Assembly (NCBI RefSeq): GCF_002113885.1
Contig: NW_018408761.1
Span: 2,034,555-2,098,554, forward strand
Reading direction: 5' to 3'
Origin: Mizuhopecten yessoensis
Lineage: Eukaryota
DNA: 64,000 nucleotides
Shown: positions 28,014-41,566 of the stretch, one piece after another
How the letters are laid out: each line of letters begins with the position of its first letter
Position numbering within the stretch: the stretch's first letter is position 1
Program-made: the position numbers and the translations under genes
Notes under the pieces: generated by a model
What the model saw: the letters and a program-made list of their open reading frames with translations, nothing else
Database searches by the model: none
What the model was told of the DNA's origin: nothing

Positions 28014-29209
28014 GCATGTCGTACGTGAAATAGTAGCTTAATTACGTATGCATATAACCTCTTCGAAAATCTGGCATCACTAAATTGAAGAGGTGATGTC
28101 AATTCGTTTTGATTTAATTACATCATATTCCGAATAGGTAATATCACGTAAACGTTAACGGTTTGATACTTTATCTAGAATCTGGCATTACTGCGTTTGG
28201 CGATATATTGAGGACATTTTGTGACCTCCACAGGACTACGTCCTGAGTGGTACAAAGGAATGTAACATGACCTGCATGATTACATAAAGGAGAAGATGCT
28301 TACGCTTTCGGAACGCATGGTCTTATTCTCCTTGTACCTTTTCAATGATCTCCATTCGTTCATTTGTTCATATTTTCCCTAGTTTTATTGTTCAAATTAT
28401 GTTTTTGTTAACAATTGGGTAACCTCTTGTTATTTGTGGGGATTCTACATAAAACGAAGCAATACAAATGTCACGCCGTACATTAACACATTGAAGCCTA
28501 AGTTGATGGAGTATTCGTAAACAACATTAAATTAACCTTTTAAAGCATTCAATTTCAAACTAAATATTTAATGCTATTTATACACATGGTATAGGAGACA
28601 CGCTTATATCTGTATATATCAAACATCCAGACAGTCGCGTTATAAAATAGTGTACACAGTGACCTACATAATATATATATATTATAAATCTAAACGAAAG
28701 GCCAGTGTGAATTAATATAATCTGTCGCAACACCCACATTCTCTGATATAGTGAATGGTCCTGGATTTTTATTTCGTATATCAGGTTACTAGATCGCACT
28801 TAATTGTGTCCAGGGTTGAGGTGAGATAAATATATATACATCAGGTTGCTGTCGGCGAGATAAGACCATGGTCGGATTGACCAGTGGCCTGTCAGTGAGT
28901 TAGCTATGAAATTTGTTAGGGAGATAGACCAAAGATTTGATGGTGAGGAAACCAACGATTTGTGATTACATGTAGCTAAAGACGTGAGCGAAACCAAAGA
29001 CTTGCTGGTGAGGGAGACCAAAAGCTTGGTGGTGAGATATATCAGATTCCATAAAAAAGCTTCGAATGAGGTTAACAAGATACAAGATAATTAATCATTT
29101 TCAGTGAAGATTGTTCTTGCGCAGACTTAGGCTTGTCTGATAGAAAGATATACCGGTGAGTTAATTACACGATATATTTATCGGTGCGACACTGCAGACC
29201 TCTGACAAT

Positions 29210-32200
29210 ATGATTACTTTCATTCTTATCAGCGTTGTTGTTGGACTTCTCATGTTTATGACGTCATTTTGGAAACTCTTCTCCAAAAAAAGTAATTTAC
29301 CACCAGGCCCAAAACCTAGACTGATCTTTGGAAACGAAATTTTATTCAAGAAGGACCCCAAGGGTTATCTGGAACTGACCAAATTGGCTGAAACCTACGG
29401 TGATGTGTATACATTGTACTGCGGTTCGACTGTCATGATCATCGTGAACGGGTACGACGCCATACATGAAGCGTTTGTGAAGAAAGCAGACGTGTTCACA
29501 GATAGACCTCAGCTCTTCGTACCCCTGGTCGGCGTCTCCAGAGGAACAGGTGAGTACAGTTTATATTGATCTACATTTACCGTAAGGATATGCTTTATTT
29601 CGTTGTGATTACATTTTCACATGTATTCGTTAAGTGTTAGAACAATGACTAATACGCGTTTATGTATAATATCTTATTGATTTGACTACAACCACGTACC
29701 ATCACATATTCAAATATCATAACGTTTTCATGCGCTCAAAACAAAACAAAATCCCGGTTATTGTCACAGGATAAATAGAAACTGAAGAAATACACTTACG
29801 ATATTCCCAAAATATGGGTTAACTGCTGCCGTTAGCTGATAGCTTTATATGCCGAAACCAAGTAACATCAATTTTACTATCTAGTTATTATTCTAAACGA
29901 TGCAAGGACGAGTTTGTGACAATGATATTAACCGGAATCTGATTATTAACCATATACGTTTATTTAATCATAACATATAAACTTGTCATTGAAGTGATGT
30001 GATAAGATCCATGTAATGGTTCGTCCACTGGTTTTTCCCCGCTGATTATATTCTTGATAATTATATTCAGCCAATATTCAGAGACCACCATCCAAGTTGT
30101 ACGTCTGTTATTGACCTGATGTTATATCATGCTATTATGCAGTAAAGCTGGAGGATTAAATGGGTTTGCTGGTCAGATGTTTCTGCATGTTACCTTCAAA
30201 AAATATATGGAAAAGACATTTTTTGCTGTGAAATACAAGTGAAATATGTATTTGAAATTGTATCTATACAATTATTCGCATCCGTTTTTGTGCATATTTG
30301 AAAAATATATTTCAGTAAGTAGACACTTTCGATTTGCAATAATCCAGTTTTGAACTACTATACAGGTTTAACATACAACAGCGGCCAACCATGGAAAACG
30401 CTGAGGAGATTCACGCTCCAGACACTCAGAGATTTTGGTGTAGGGAAGAAATCTCTAGAGGAGAAAATTCAAGAGGAAATTTCAGTCGTCATGGAAACAT
30501 TGATTTCATCCAATGAGAAGCCAGTGCGGATGAAGCCATGCCTTCTATCAGCGGCCACTAACATCATTTGTAGTGTAATGTTTGGGGAAAGGTATATATT
30601 TTCGATCATTGAATGCTGTACAGGATTTATCAGAAGATAATTACAGAAACACAAACTGTGTAATCAGGCAAAATATTCAAATGAATATGTGGTCGTTATA
30701 GTAGGCCTGTATTCATGAGACCGTTCTTATGCCCAAACTCAAGTATTGCGCTCAAGCACACTTTCTTGTTTCTGTGATAAATTAATTAAAAAAAAAATCT
30801 CTCTCAATAATATGGAAGAATTTTGGAGAGACTTCACGCCGAGAACTGTTTTTTCATACTTACACTTGACTTTTTGGCCGTTTCACATGATTTAAGCAAG
30901 TTACAAGAAGTTGGTTTGAGTACAGAGTCCATGCTTAAGCACGAGAACGGTTTCATAAATATAGGCCCTGATTCTCTTGTTCATCGATGACGTTAAGCAA
31001 AATGTAATCGATCGTTCATGTGGAAAAACATAATGAATATTTGACACTTGGCCCATTGTCTTGACCTTTATATTATACCGTCTAGTCACAGTGCATTACA
31101 ATAAAACTTCGCTACACTGCTAGCAGTTGTTCAGCGAAGGTTTGACATTATGAAAGGATTTCGTGACGTACTGATCCAGAAAGACATTAATAGCAATTTT
31201 GTCGAACAAAAGAAGAGAAAAAATGAAAACCGGACCTTGAAATATGTTGAGGGTAAAAGAGGTTACAACTAAAACAAAGGACGTAATAGCGAGCTTTTAC
31301 TGTAAATGGACATTCACTAAACATGTTTGGTCAGTCCAGTTATCGGCACTGACACTTAATTGCTAGCCTCTGATCTGCAGACGAGACCATGAACTTAATT
31401 CGTGTTACGATACCGAGAGTGGTACAGTACACTTGTCCTATGAATGTTCCGGGAAAGAATAAGCCTGCTTTATCACACTGTAAGTTAACGTATGAGGTGA
31501 CTAATGTGTGCAGAATTGGGGCTGTCATAGTGTCTTCCTGCTTAGGAAGCATTGAAGAAACCAAAAATAATCTGCTTCCCTCATGGAAACACTTGTACCT
31601 TTTCTGTCCTCGTCTCCCTACTCTTTCTCCGTCGGTGTTTTCCACTGGGCATATGGCCTTGGCTTTGACGAGACCAGTAAACCTTGAAATAAAATTAAAC
31701 AAACAATGCACGTTTCTTTGTACAGCAATTAAGGAGATATTGTGTATGGACATAGAAACATGACGGAGCGACGAACAAATACAAGTCCTTCAACTCCCAC
31801 TGAACGAGTATCGGACTAATTATAGTAAACTTGATTCAATAATTGGCATTCTCGATTCTCTTTTCTGCCGATACTGTTTCAATTCTTATCGTCTTTCACA
31901 ATATCATCTTCTAGATTGTAAGTCAATAATGGTTATGCCATTTTAGATTCCACTAAACTATTTCAATAGCATACAGTTTTCAGTCAATAAACACGTACTG
32001 TTAGGTCTTATTCCAGTTAAGTATAAACTGTAAATTCCTTTACAGGTTCCAGTATGACGAAGCCAGGTTTACACAGCTGACTGGGGTCCTGGAGGAAATC
32101 TTCAAGCTCAACGCGCCTTTCGCCAAGGAGAACTTTTTCCCCATCACGAGATGGTTCCCGTCCGGCCGCCAGGTGTGTAACTCTTAAACTAACAGAGCCT

Positions 32201-35200
32201 TATTTTGTTTACAACCAATGGTGTGTACTGTGTGGCTTTCGTCGACCAAACTGAGAGATGTAGGAGATGAACAGCTAGTTTGGTCTTTGTTCTAACACAA
32301 AGAGGTTTAATGAACAGTGGAACCAAGTCAGTCTAAAACCCTAGTAGTGTAAAGTGTAGCTTTTGGTTTATTATAAGGACTGTTGGGACCTCCTTGCTCG
32401 AAAGCAATTAAGAGTATTCATGCTAGCGCCGCATATCTCCAAAACCGTCCGCCTGCTTGGTAACCAAACTACTCGGTAGTTGTACCTACAGGGGTAGTAA
32501 TACTGGGGCCTCATTGATCCAAACCTAAGTGGTATACAGTGACCTACAGGAGTAGTAATACTGGGGCCACATTGGTCCAAAACTGAGTGGTGTACAGTGA
32601 CCTAGAGGGGTAGTAATACTGGGGCCTTATTGGTCCAAAACTAATTGGTGTACAGGGACCTACAGGGGTAGTAAGACGAGGACCTCATTGGTCCAAAACG
32701 AAGTGGTGTACAGTGACCTACAGGAGTAGTAATACTGGGGCCTCATAGGTCCAAAACTAAGTAGTGTACAGTGACCTAGAGGGGTAGTAATACTGGGGCC
32801 ACATTGGTCCAAAACTAATTGGTGTACAGTAACCTACAGCGGTAGTAATACTAGGACCTCATTGGTCCAAAACGAAGTGGTGTACAGTGACCTAGAGGGG
32901 TAGTAATACTAGGGCCTCATTGGTCAAAAACTACGTGGTGTACAGTGACCTACATGGGTAGTAATACGAGGGCCTAATTGGGCCAAAACTAAGTGGAGTA
33001 CAGTGACCTACATGGGTAGTACTACTAGGGCCTCATTGGGCCAAAACTAAGTGGTGAACAGTGACCTACAGGAGTAGTAATACTGGGGCCTTATTGGTCC
33101 AAAACTACGTGGTGTACAGTGACCTACAGGAGTAGTAATACTGGGGCCACATTGGTCCAAAACTGAGTGGTGTACAGTGACCTACAGGAGTAGTAATACT
33201 GGGGCCACATTGGTCCAAAACTGATTGGTGTACAGTGACCTAGAGGGGTAGTAATACTGGGGCCACATTGGTCCAAAACTAAGCGGTGTACAGTGACCTA
33301 CAGGGGCAGTAATACGAGGGCCTCATTGGCCCAAAACTAAGTGGTGTACAGTAACCTACAGCGGTAGTAATACTAGGACCTCATTGGTCCAAAGCTAAGT
33401 GGTGTACAGTGACCTACTGGGGTAGTAATACGAAGGCCTCATTGGTCCAAAGCTAAGTGGTGTACAGTAACCTACAGGGGAAGTAATACTGGGGCCACAT
33501 TGGTCCAAAACTGATTGGTGTACAGTGACCTAGAGGGGTAGTAATACTAGGGCCTCATTGGTCCAAACTTAAGTGGTTTACAGTGACCTACAGTGGTAGT
33601 AATACTAGGGCCTCATTGATCCAAAACTAAGTGGTGTAAAGTGACCTACAGGGGAAGTAATACTAGGGCCTCATTGGTCCGAAACTAATTGGTGTACAGG
33701 GACCTACAGGGGTAGTAAGACGAGGACCTCATTGGTCCAAAACTAAGTGGTGTACAGTGGAGCCATATTAGTTTACTATTGGTGTGGCCTCCTTTACCAA
33801 AATCAAGGGTATTAACAATGAGGGCCTGATTTGTCCAAAATCAAAGGGTGTCCGGCCATTAGATCCGCGTAATTACATGATACTAATGGATGTACAGCGT
33901 GGCCTAACTAATTAAGTTGTCTAGTATGGGGGCCGTATGGGCCTCCATAACCCCAAACTATGGGTATAATTGGGTCACATTAATTCAAAACCAAGAGGTG
34001 TTGAATAGGATATTTTTAGTTCGCAACCAAGAAAGTAGTCAGACCTTGCGAGTCCAAAACGAAAGGAGTGTTGAGATTGGCATTTGCAGTCCACAATAAC
34101 GCAGGCGTTAGTCTCAAAATCACCAAACCAAAGGAGTGTTTAGTTTTGCATTTTTTAGACTAAAATAAAGGTTGTTGGCCTCTAAATGCAAAGTCCAAGA
34201 AGTAAGATTATAGTTTTGTAACTTTGATTGTATGAAACCAGTGTACAGTGTTGACCTAGTGTGTCTAAAACTAAAGGCAGAGTTGCTTCTTGTTAGATAT
34301 GAAATCACGTACATTAGGGGCCCGTTTGTCTGAAATATAACTTCGTTTAGGGCTTGCCCGTTGTAGCACATGGACAATGTAGTTGAGATAGAAATCGAAT
34401 CCCTTAGTTCAAACCTTCTTGAAAAAGTTACCCTAAAATCTCTTTTGTCACATTTTCTATATCGCCGTCATACTCAAATTTAGACTAGTTGAAGATGGAG
34501 CTTATTTTGTAAATGATGTTTTCATCAGATTTATTTGTTTTCCTGGGACGACAACAAACATCTTCGATAGGATAATAAAATAAGGTATTTATAAATAACT
34601 GTGACATTCTGTCGCATAATTATCAAGCGGAAAACAACAGACGATGTCTGTAGTTTTGCTATGCTTGTATAGAAATGTATCCATTCGTGTAAAATCCAAA
34701 GATAGAGATTACCGAAAAACCGAAAAATTAACAGTGCCGTGAGTATAATACTCGTTTACCTAATCTCAGAACAGATACTGCACGAGTCTAACATTTTTCA
34801 AAAGTGCAAGTTGTTTGTTTCAGTTGATATCTAAACGCAGGGCGGCTATAGAGAAGGTCAAGTCCTACCTGTCTAAAACCATTACAGAACACCGAAAGAC
34901 ATTTGACCGCGACAACATCCGAGATTTCATAGACCTGTATCTACAAGTGTGTGAGGATAAATCCGATCCGGAACTCTACACCGGTACGTTTAGCAATATC
35001 AATTATGTCAATGCAACAAGAGATAAATACGACATAATGGATACCGTTAATAAGAACGGAAAACACACGTGTAATGTATTAAGCACCAAGCCGATTGGTA
35101 CCATGGCATATCTATATATTTGCGATTAATTTGGTATATTTTCATGGCAATCGAAGAGCAGAAAAGCGAACATTTTCACACACGAAAACATGTTTCGAAA

Positions 35201-38200
35201 TTTAGATATCTATCAAACTTTATTTATTTTACAACAATTATGAAACAAGTTATTTCAACTTATATTACTAACTCTTGTTGGCCCGGGTATTATCGCACTG
35301 GCACCTTATTGTGGGCGGACACCGGAGTATCTGGAGAACACCCACATGATAAGGCAGGTGACCCCATACCTTTTCACGTTCGTATGGGGAATCGAACCCC
35401 TGCAAATCTATCTTACCATGACATATAGTTGTATCGTTTGGTTCGTTCATGGCCTTTATATCTAAGATACTTTTACACACTAATAAAATATTTTGCAGAG
35501 TCTAACATTTACAAAATAATAGTGGACCTGTTTCTGGCCGGAGGGGAGACGACAGGAACCAGTCTTGACTGGTGTCTGCTGTACATGATCCTCTACCCAG
35601 ACGTGCAAGCTAGATGTCAGGAGGAAATAGACCAGGTAACGTAAATCTTCGATACTCGAGGGGTTACGGTAACGTTCGCTCTCTTCACCCCTGTGATGGA
35701 TGACATAGCAAAATTGAAAGCTCAGAGTGCACCACCTTGTGAATAAGACGGGAAGACTAGTTTGATCCTTTTATGTACATGAAAAGAATCTGGTGGTCGC
35801 GTAACGGTAAAACTTAGTGGCTTTAATGTCGGGTGTCGTTCATCTGCATTCTACAAAGGACAGGTATCATCCTTAGCGAATGGTCAGATTTTTGTTTACA
35901 TGAGTCCAATCAAATAGCTAGTTGCGTGCCTTCAGTTTTGCTATGACATATTCCAGGAGTGCATAGAGCGACAGTGAGCGTAACCCTGGTGTATCGAGTA
36001 TGGTAATGTACACACTAGCCTTCCCAGACATTCTGGCTAGATGCCAGGAGGAAATGTACACAATTGCGCATCTTGGTACCCTGGCTAAATGCCAGGCGGA
36101 AATAGATCAGGTTTATACTCGATCACGTGTGCACAATAACCTACTTTGAAACCCTGACAAGAACATCTTATTTATTTTCGAAATAAAATATGAAGACACT
36201 TTTTAAAATTCCTATTAATGCAAGAACATGGTTAGTTTTGCAGTTGTTGACACATTTATGCAGTTGCATGTCTAAAGTACTCAATGCAAATTTTTCTTCA
36301 GCTTCGTACTATCATTGTAGGCGGCAGAGTAGCCGTAAAACTAAATGACATATAATAAAATCGAGGTGAATCATCAGGATATGATAAATGCGCATGGTTC
36401 CAGACTCTTCCATGAAGGGTTGAACGCATGTTATGGATCTTCGTTGCATCTGTCACTTTGTACACATGATTTGCCGAGTCTAGATGACATATACCAAAAA
36501 AAAAAACCACACAAAAAAACTTGAATTTTGTTGCATGCATCAATCTTGGGAATAGCGGCTGCAATTTCCTTGTCTTCGGAAAGAAGGCCCTTGCCAAGGC
36601 TAACGAGATTTATCTGATATTTCTATGGTGGAACACAACACCTGCCAGAATGTAATCATGGCCACTGAAATGAGACACACTAGTTGTAACACTATACGCT
36701 ATTCTGATCAATAGACGACTATTCACTCTTCTATCTATGTCGCCAATATCCCGTCAGATCACCTGGCAATGTTGTACGAAGCCGGTGCCTCAACCAACGC
36801 TGCAGATGCAGGGACAATAGCATGAAGGCCATAGAACCGTGCAACTGCAGGAAACCTGGCAGCAAATATCGGAACGCTTCTACTGTATCGGATTCAGATC
36901 AGGAGTACACATCTTTCTGAATAAAACAGACATTTTGCAACAAACACTTCCTTTAAATTATGTTCTGCATCTTCAATTTCAGAAGCACATCCCATTAAAA
37001 TTTGTAAATACATACTTTTCAGACCAGTGGTGGTGGCGGCAATACTTTTTATTTCTCTATTAGACATCTTTTGAGCGAAGCATACGGATGAATTGAGTTA
37101 AGCAACACCCAATACCCTTAAAACTGCAAATTCCATCATGAAATAAACACGACTTCCCTTGTTTTTCTATCACCATTATAGGTGATTGGTAGAGGCCGTC
37201 CTGTGAGCCTGACAGACAGAGGGACATTGCCGTACGTCGAGGCTACACTACTGGAAGTACAGAGGATAGGCAACACATGTAAGGCTATGGTATAGTTCAC
37301 GACCATCTAAAGCCAGACAATTAGCTAGATTCTACCAGATCATCCTAACTCAAAGGGGAAATGAATGAGTCTTTCTTCACAGACGATCTGCAGAAGACAG
37401 TTTGAAAGGAATGTTGTTGATTGTATATCGTACAAAAAATGCTTCTTTTGACAAGAACGATATATGCTTTATGATTATCATAATTTAATACTGTACATAA
37501 CATGAAAGATTTTTGGGTTCATGCTTTATGATATCACAGTCCCTGCATGTGTACACAGGTGAAGTACGCACAATGATTACCACAGTGTGCGGTTGATGTA
37601 CATTGGGTATCATCTAGCAGAATATTGACAATATTCTGACAAACACTGGATCTACTTTTTTCCGGAGAACATCTCAATATTTTTAACATTTTTATTACAG
37701 CATCTTTTCCAGTTATGCCATCATCAGTGAAATTCAAATTCAACTCCTCCACAAAAAAATATTTATGTTATTTTGGGAAATAATTTAGACATATTTCAGA
37801 TGACATTCAACTTGTTTTTCCTTCGTGTAATATATACAAGCAGGAGTTTCATTTTTTCCTCATAATGGACTGTCTCCTATATGATCCGTCTATAACTGTG
37901 AGCTTTCCCCACACGTACTCATAATGGACTGTCGCCTATATGATCCGTCTATAACTTTGAGCTTTACCCATACGTACTCATAATGGACTGTCTCCTATAG
38001 GATCCGTCTATAACTGTGAGCTTTCCCCACACGTACTCATAATGGACTGTCGCCTATATGATCCGTCTATAACTTTGAGCTTTTACCACACGTACTCATA
38101 ATGGACTGGCTCCTATATGATCCGTCTATACTGTGAGCTTTACCCACACGGACTCATAATGGACTGTCTCCTGTATGATCCGTCTATAACTGTGAGCTTT

Positions 38201-39301
38201 CCCCACACGTACTCATAATGGACTGGCTCCTATATGATCCGTCTATAACTTTGAGCTTTTACCACACGTACTCATAATGGACTGGCTCCTATATGATCCG
38301 TCTATACTGTGAGCTTTACCCACACGTTCTCATAATGGACTGTCTCCTATAGGATCCGTCTATAACTGTGAGCTTTCCCCACACGTACTCATAATGGACT
38401 GTCGCCTATATGATCCGTCTATAACTTTGAGCTTTTACCACACGTACTCATAATGGACTGTCTCCTATATGATCCGTCTATAACTTTGAGCTTTACCCAC
38501 ACATATTCACAAACTTGAGGCAGTAAAATAAGAATTATGACTAACTGTGATAAGATAAAAGTGAAAATACTACCATGATTCACAGTATTCATAATTCACA
38601 TTTAAAAGCATGTCTGTAACTTTTCAATGTTGTTTCATTCAAATCTCCAGTAACATTCTCCTTACCACATGTGGCCAACAGAACGAGTGACCTCAGGGGC
38701 TACACTATTCCCAAAGATTCTATCATCATCGCCAATCTGTACTCCGCCCACATTGACCCGAAGTACTGGGACAAGCCTCATTCTTTCTCTCCAGAGCGCT
38801 TTCTCAATGACAAAGGAAGCATAAAGCGGAGGGATGCATTTGTTCCTTTCTCCATAGGTAAACTCACGTATATTGTGCAATTTTAATATTACTAAATTTT
38901 GAAAAGATTTTTTCTTTAGTTAATTTGTGCAGACACTCTTTCGCAAATTAATATGTTACACAAATGGTAACTCCATAGATAACAATTAGTATTAAAATCA
39001 AAATAGTATCCTTTCATTTGGGAATTCAGGTATTCACGATAAAAACATTCAGGCATAGCTCACGAAAGGAATTACACCCGAAAAATAAAGTATTTACAAT
39101 ATATCTGCACTTATTGCTACAGGACCCCGCCTCTGTATAGGAGAACCTCTAGCCAGGATGGAGTTGTTCCTGTTCTTCACAAATTTGCTCCAAAAGTTCC
39201 AGTTCAGCACAGCCCCAGACTCGCCCAAGCCATCAGTGGAAGGCATCCAGGCGCTCACATTGACTCCTCTACCCTATGACCTTGTGGCACGTCTTCGCTG
39301 A
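29210..39301 (+). CDS. Cytochrome P450, CYP2-like (clan 2), 490 aa
   Basis: Exons 29210-29549, 30366-30591, 32046-32172, 34824-34983, 35499-35635, 37182-37278, 38651-38857, 39123-39301, all GT-AG and phase-consistent. Motifs LPPGP, YGDVY, FTDRP, WKTLRRFTLQTLRDFGVGKKSLEEKIQEE, IRDFIDLYL, DLFLAGGETT, LPYVEATLLEVQR, GYTIPKD, FSPERF, and heme motif PFSIGPRLCIGE. Confidence 0.95.
30704..30967. mobile_element. MITE with GGCC termini (PIF/Harbinger-like)
   Basis: Imperfect TIRs ggcctgtattcatgagaccgttct and agaacggtttcataaatataggcc. Confidence 0.55.
32483..33759. repeat. 58-bp intronic minisatellite, ~22 copies, decaying on both sides (~32200 to ~34370)
   Basis: Unit gacctacaggggtagtaatactggggcctcattggtccaaaactaagtggtgtacagt in CYP2-like intron 3. 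Confidence 0.93.
35270..35420 (-). mobile_element. Degenerate tRNA-derived SINE (related fragments near 1745-1815 and 42150-42320)
   Basis: Reverse B box (ggggaatcgaacccc) and caccggagtatctggagaacacccac core; ctcttg(t/c)tggcccgg shared with ~1748. Confidence 0.5.
35644..36002. mobile_element. MITE (MULE/hAT-like, long TIRs), same family as 60341-60595 and ~39700-40012
   Basis: Right TIR ttttgctatgacatattccaggagtgcatagagcgacagtgagcgtaaccctggtgtatcgagtatg with a degenerate left TIR; flanking direct repeat gtaacgta / gtaatgta. Confidence 0.7.
37859..38505. repeat. 59-bp intronic minisatellite, ~11 copies
   Basis: Unit ctcataatggactgtctcctatatgatccgtctataactgtgagctttccccacacgta in CYP2-like intron 6. 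Confidence 0.93.
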
Positions 39302-39699
39302 GTGTTAAGATATGTTCAACCTAGATCCCTACATGTAGCTTAGTTTATATAGTAATGTATTTGTGTTAAAGGATATATGTAAGTTGGACATAAGGGGCAA
39401 AACGTATGTTAAAGTGGAGGAGATATCCAGGTTCGTATAATTGGTATGTTGATCTTCCTGCCAATAAACGCCATACACTATATGTTGGATAGGTGGGGCA
39501 AAGTGCATCTTGTATAGTGAAGAAGGGATCCGTTTCTAGTATTGGGTATTTTGATATTCTGCTCATAGGGCAGAAAACATATTTAATAGAGGAGGAAGAA
39601 GCTACACTTTGAAGGAGACATTATAAATAGGACTTGTATTATCCTTGGTACATGCCAACAACACATATAGCCTTTTAACATAAGTGTTTGTACGCTAAC

Positions 39700-40012
39700 T
39701 TCCAGGGCTTGCCTCCTCATATGTTCTCTGCACCCTGGAATATGTTGGGATGAAACGGGGGTATCTGTACGCACCACCTTGTTTATGATACAAGCCGACT
39801 ACATCAAAACAATCGTACAGCAGCATAACAGTAAAATTGACCGGCTTGAAGTCGGTTGTCACTCCTTTGTAATCGTTAAAGGACAGCTATCAGCCTACTG
39901 ATTGGTCAGTTTTACCCCTGAAACCAATTCAATAGCTAACTGCCTGCCATCATGTTTTAATGACATATTTCAGAGGTGCAGAGAAAGCAAGTGAGCTTAA
40001 TCCCTGGTATAT
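39700..40012. mobile_element. Degenerate MITE of the 60341-60595 family downstream of the CYP2-like stop
   Basis: ctctgcaccctggaatatgt ... cactcctttgtaatcgttaaaggacag ... gacatatttcagaggtgcagagaaagcaagtgagc match 60341-60595 in reverse orientation. Confidence 0.6.
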
Positions 40013-41566
40013 TTATATATATGTATGTTAATGTTATGTACACATGTGTATCACCTTATACTGTCCACTGTGCGAGATAAGATCATTTAGAAAGTGATTT
40101 CACAGCGCTATAAATACAGTACTTGTGAATATAAATCGAGCATATTAAGCAACAGTATAATAAAACAAATGTGCAAAACAAAGGTTTTTTAAGGTTTTTT
40201 TTTATCAATACGTTGTTTTATTTCAAAAATGTAAACCATTCTTTTACATATTCCAATTTTGGTAAAATACATAAAGAAAATATAATTTATTTACAATTAC
40301 AATACATTCTTTTCACCAAGTAAAACTGAAATAGCAGACACTCGTATCATATACTGTTGTCATTATAATAATCATAATTCCAGTACCAGTACTGATAGAA
40401 CTTTGCTCTCAGAAAGGAAGCTATAATGCTGCCATATTCCCGAATAGATGTCCAGAGTAAAACTATGTACATTATAAACGACACGTCCTGGATATATAAA
40501 CCAATAAATCCACTCGTTATTGTTGGTGTCTTTCATTTCCCCATGAAATGTTGCTATGATTCTGGTGACGCGTCTTCTCACTCTGGCGTCGTGTCAGTCC
40601 AGCACCGTGGCAGCACCGTGGCAGTCCAGCACCGTGGCAGTCCAGCACCTTCAGATCTGTTTTGTTTTTGTTAATCCTAAAAAGGTATTGGTCAGTAACT
40701 AAACTTTTTATCAGAATGGACAATTTTGAAAACTCTTTCTGGTACATGTAACTGTCTTCAAAAATAAAACCGAATCGTTGCCATTTTGGGTTTGTTGTTT
40801 TGGCAATGAAATAAAATCACATCACGATTCATTTGTTGTGGATTTGTTTTTGTGTACAAGTCATCTGAACAACAGAAACTTGATTATTGTACTAAGCCAA
40901 TCTGGGGTTGTTATATGATCAATTATCAGGAAATTACACCAAATGTTTGGATGGAAATTGAGCTCTTGAAATTATATACTGTTTTGCAAAGTAGCATCAT
41001 TTCTGTCTTAAATAACAAATTCCATATTTAACCACAGAAAAAGTTTTAGCTAATTAACTACCAATCATAGCACATCACATAAGTAGGTATGCAGATCAAT
41101 GGCCAATCAAATAACTTTGCATCCAAAGTAGGTATAGATCTCAATGGCCAATCAAATTACATCCAATGATCAACTAAATAATTTTACATCCTAAATACAA
41201 AAACATCTAAACAAGCAACAAATATGAAATTACATAAAAGCTACCATACCAGTGACCAATCAAATGATATCACACTGTAGCATTTATACATCTGATCGAC
41301 CAATCAAATGACATTGCATTCCAACAACCTTACATCTTAAAACAATCTGAGTTAATGTAGAAGACATCCCTATATAGAATTCGCAAAAAAAAAAGGGAAA
41401 GTGGCAGAGAATTCCAAATATTTGAAAAACATATCTTACATTCCAATAAATAGACCAAACTGTAAATACTGTATATCACTTCAAAGTATCTGGGATTAAC
41501 TCTGGAAACGAAATACACAGGAAAAGCTATTATCAGTAGTCTTGTGCTAACACAATGTATCACCTG

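Noticed and set aside
24128-28033. 1301-aa plus-strand ORF (TLSLTFDTQSLTFN)n as a protein gene
   Set aside because: Pure read-out of a 42-bp satellite; starts at a non-ATG codon inside the array; the equivalent frame carries stops at ~23767 and ~23983 and a frameshift in the older copies.
31340-31763. Overlapping 137/124-aa ORFs in CYP2-like intron 2
   Set aside because: No recognisable domain; the region looks like a decayed non-autonomous element (gaccttga motifs, gacgga-type end).
23414-38505. CRISPR-like arrays (42-, 58- and 59-bp repeats)
   Set aside because: Head-to-tail repeats with no unique spacers, no cas genes, and a eukaryotic intron/intergenic context.
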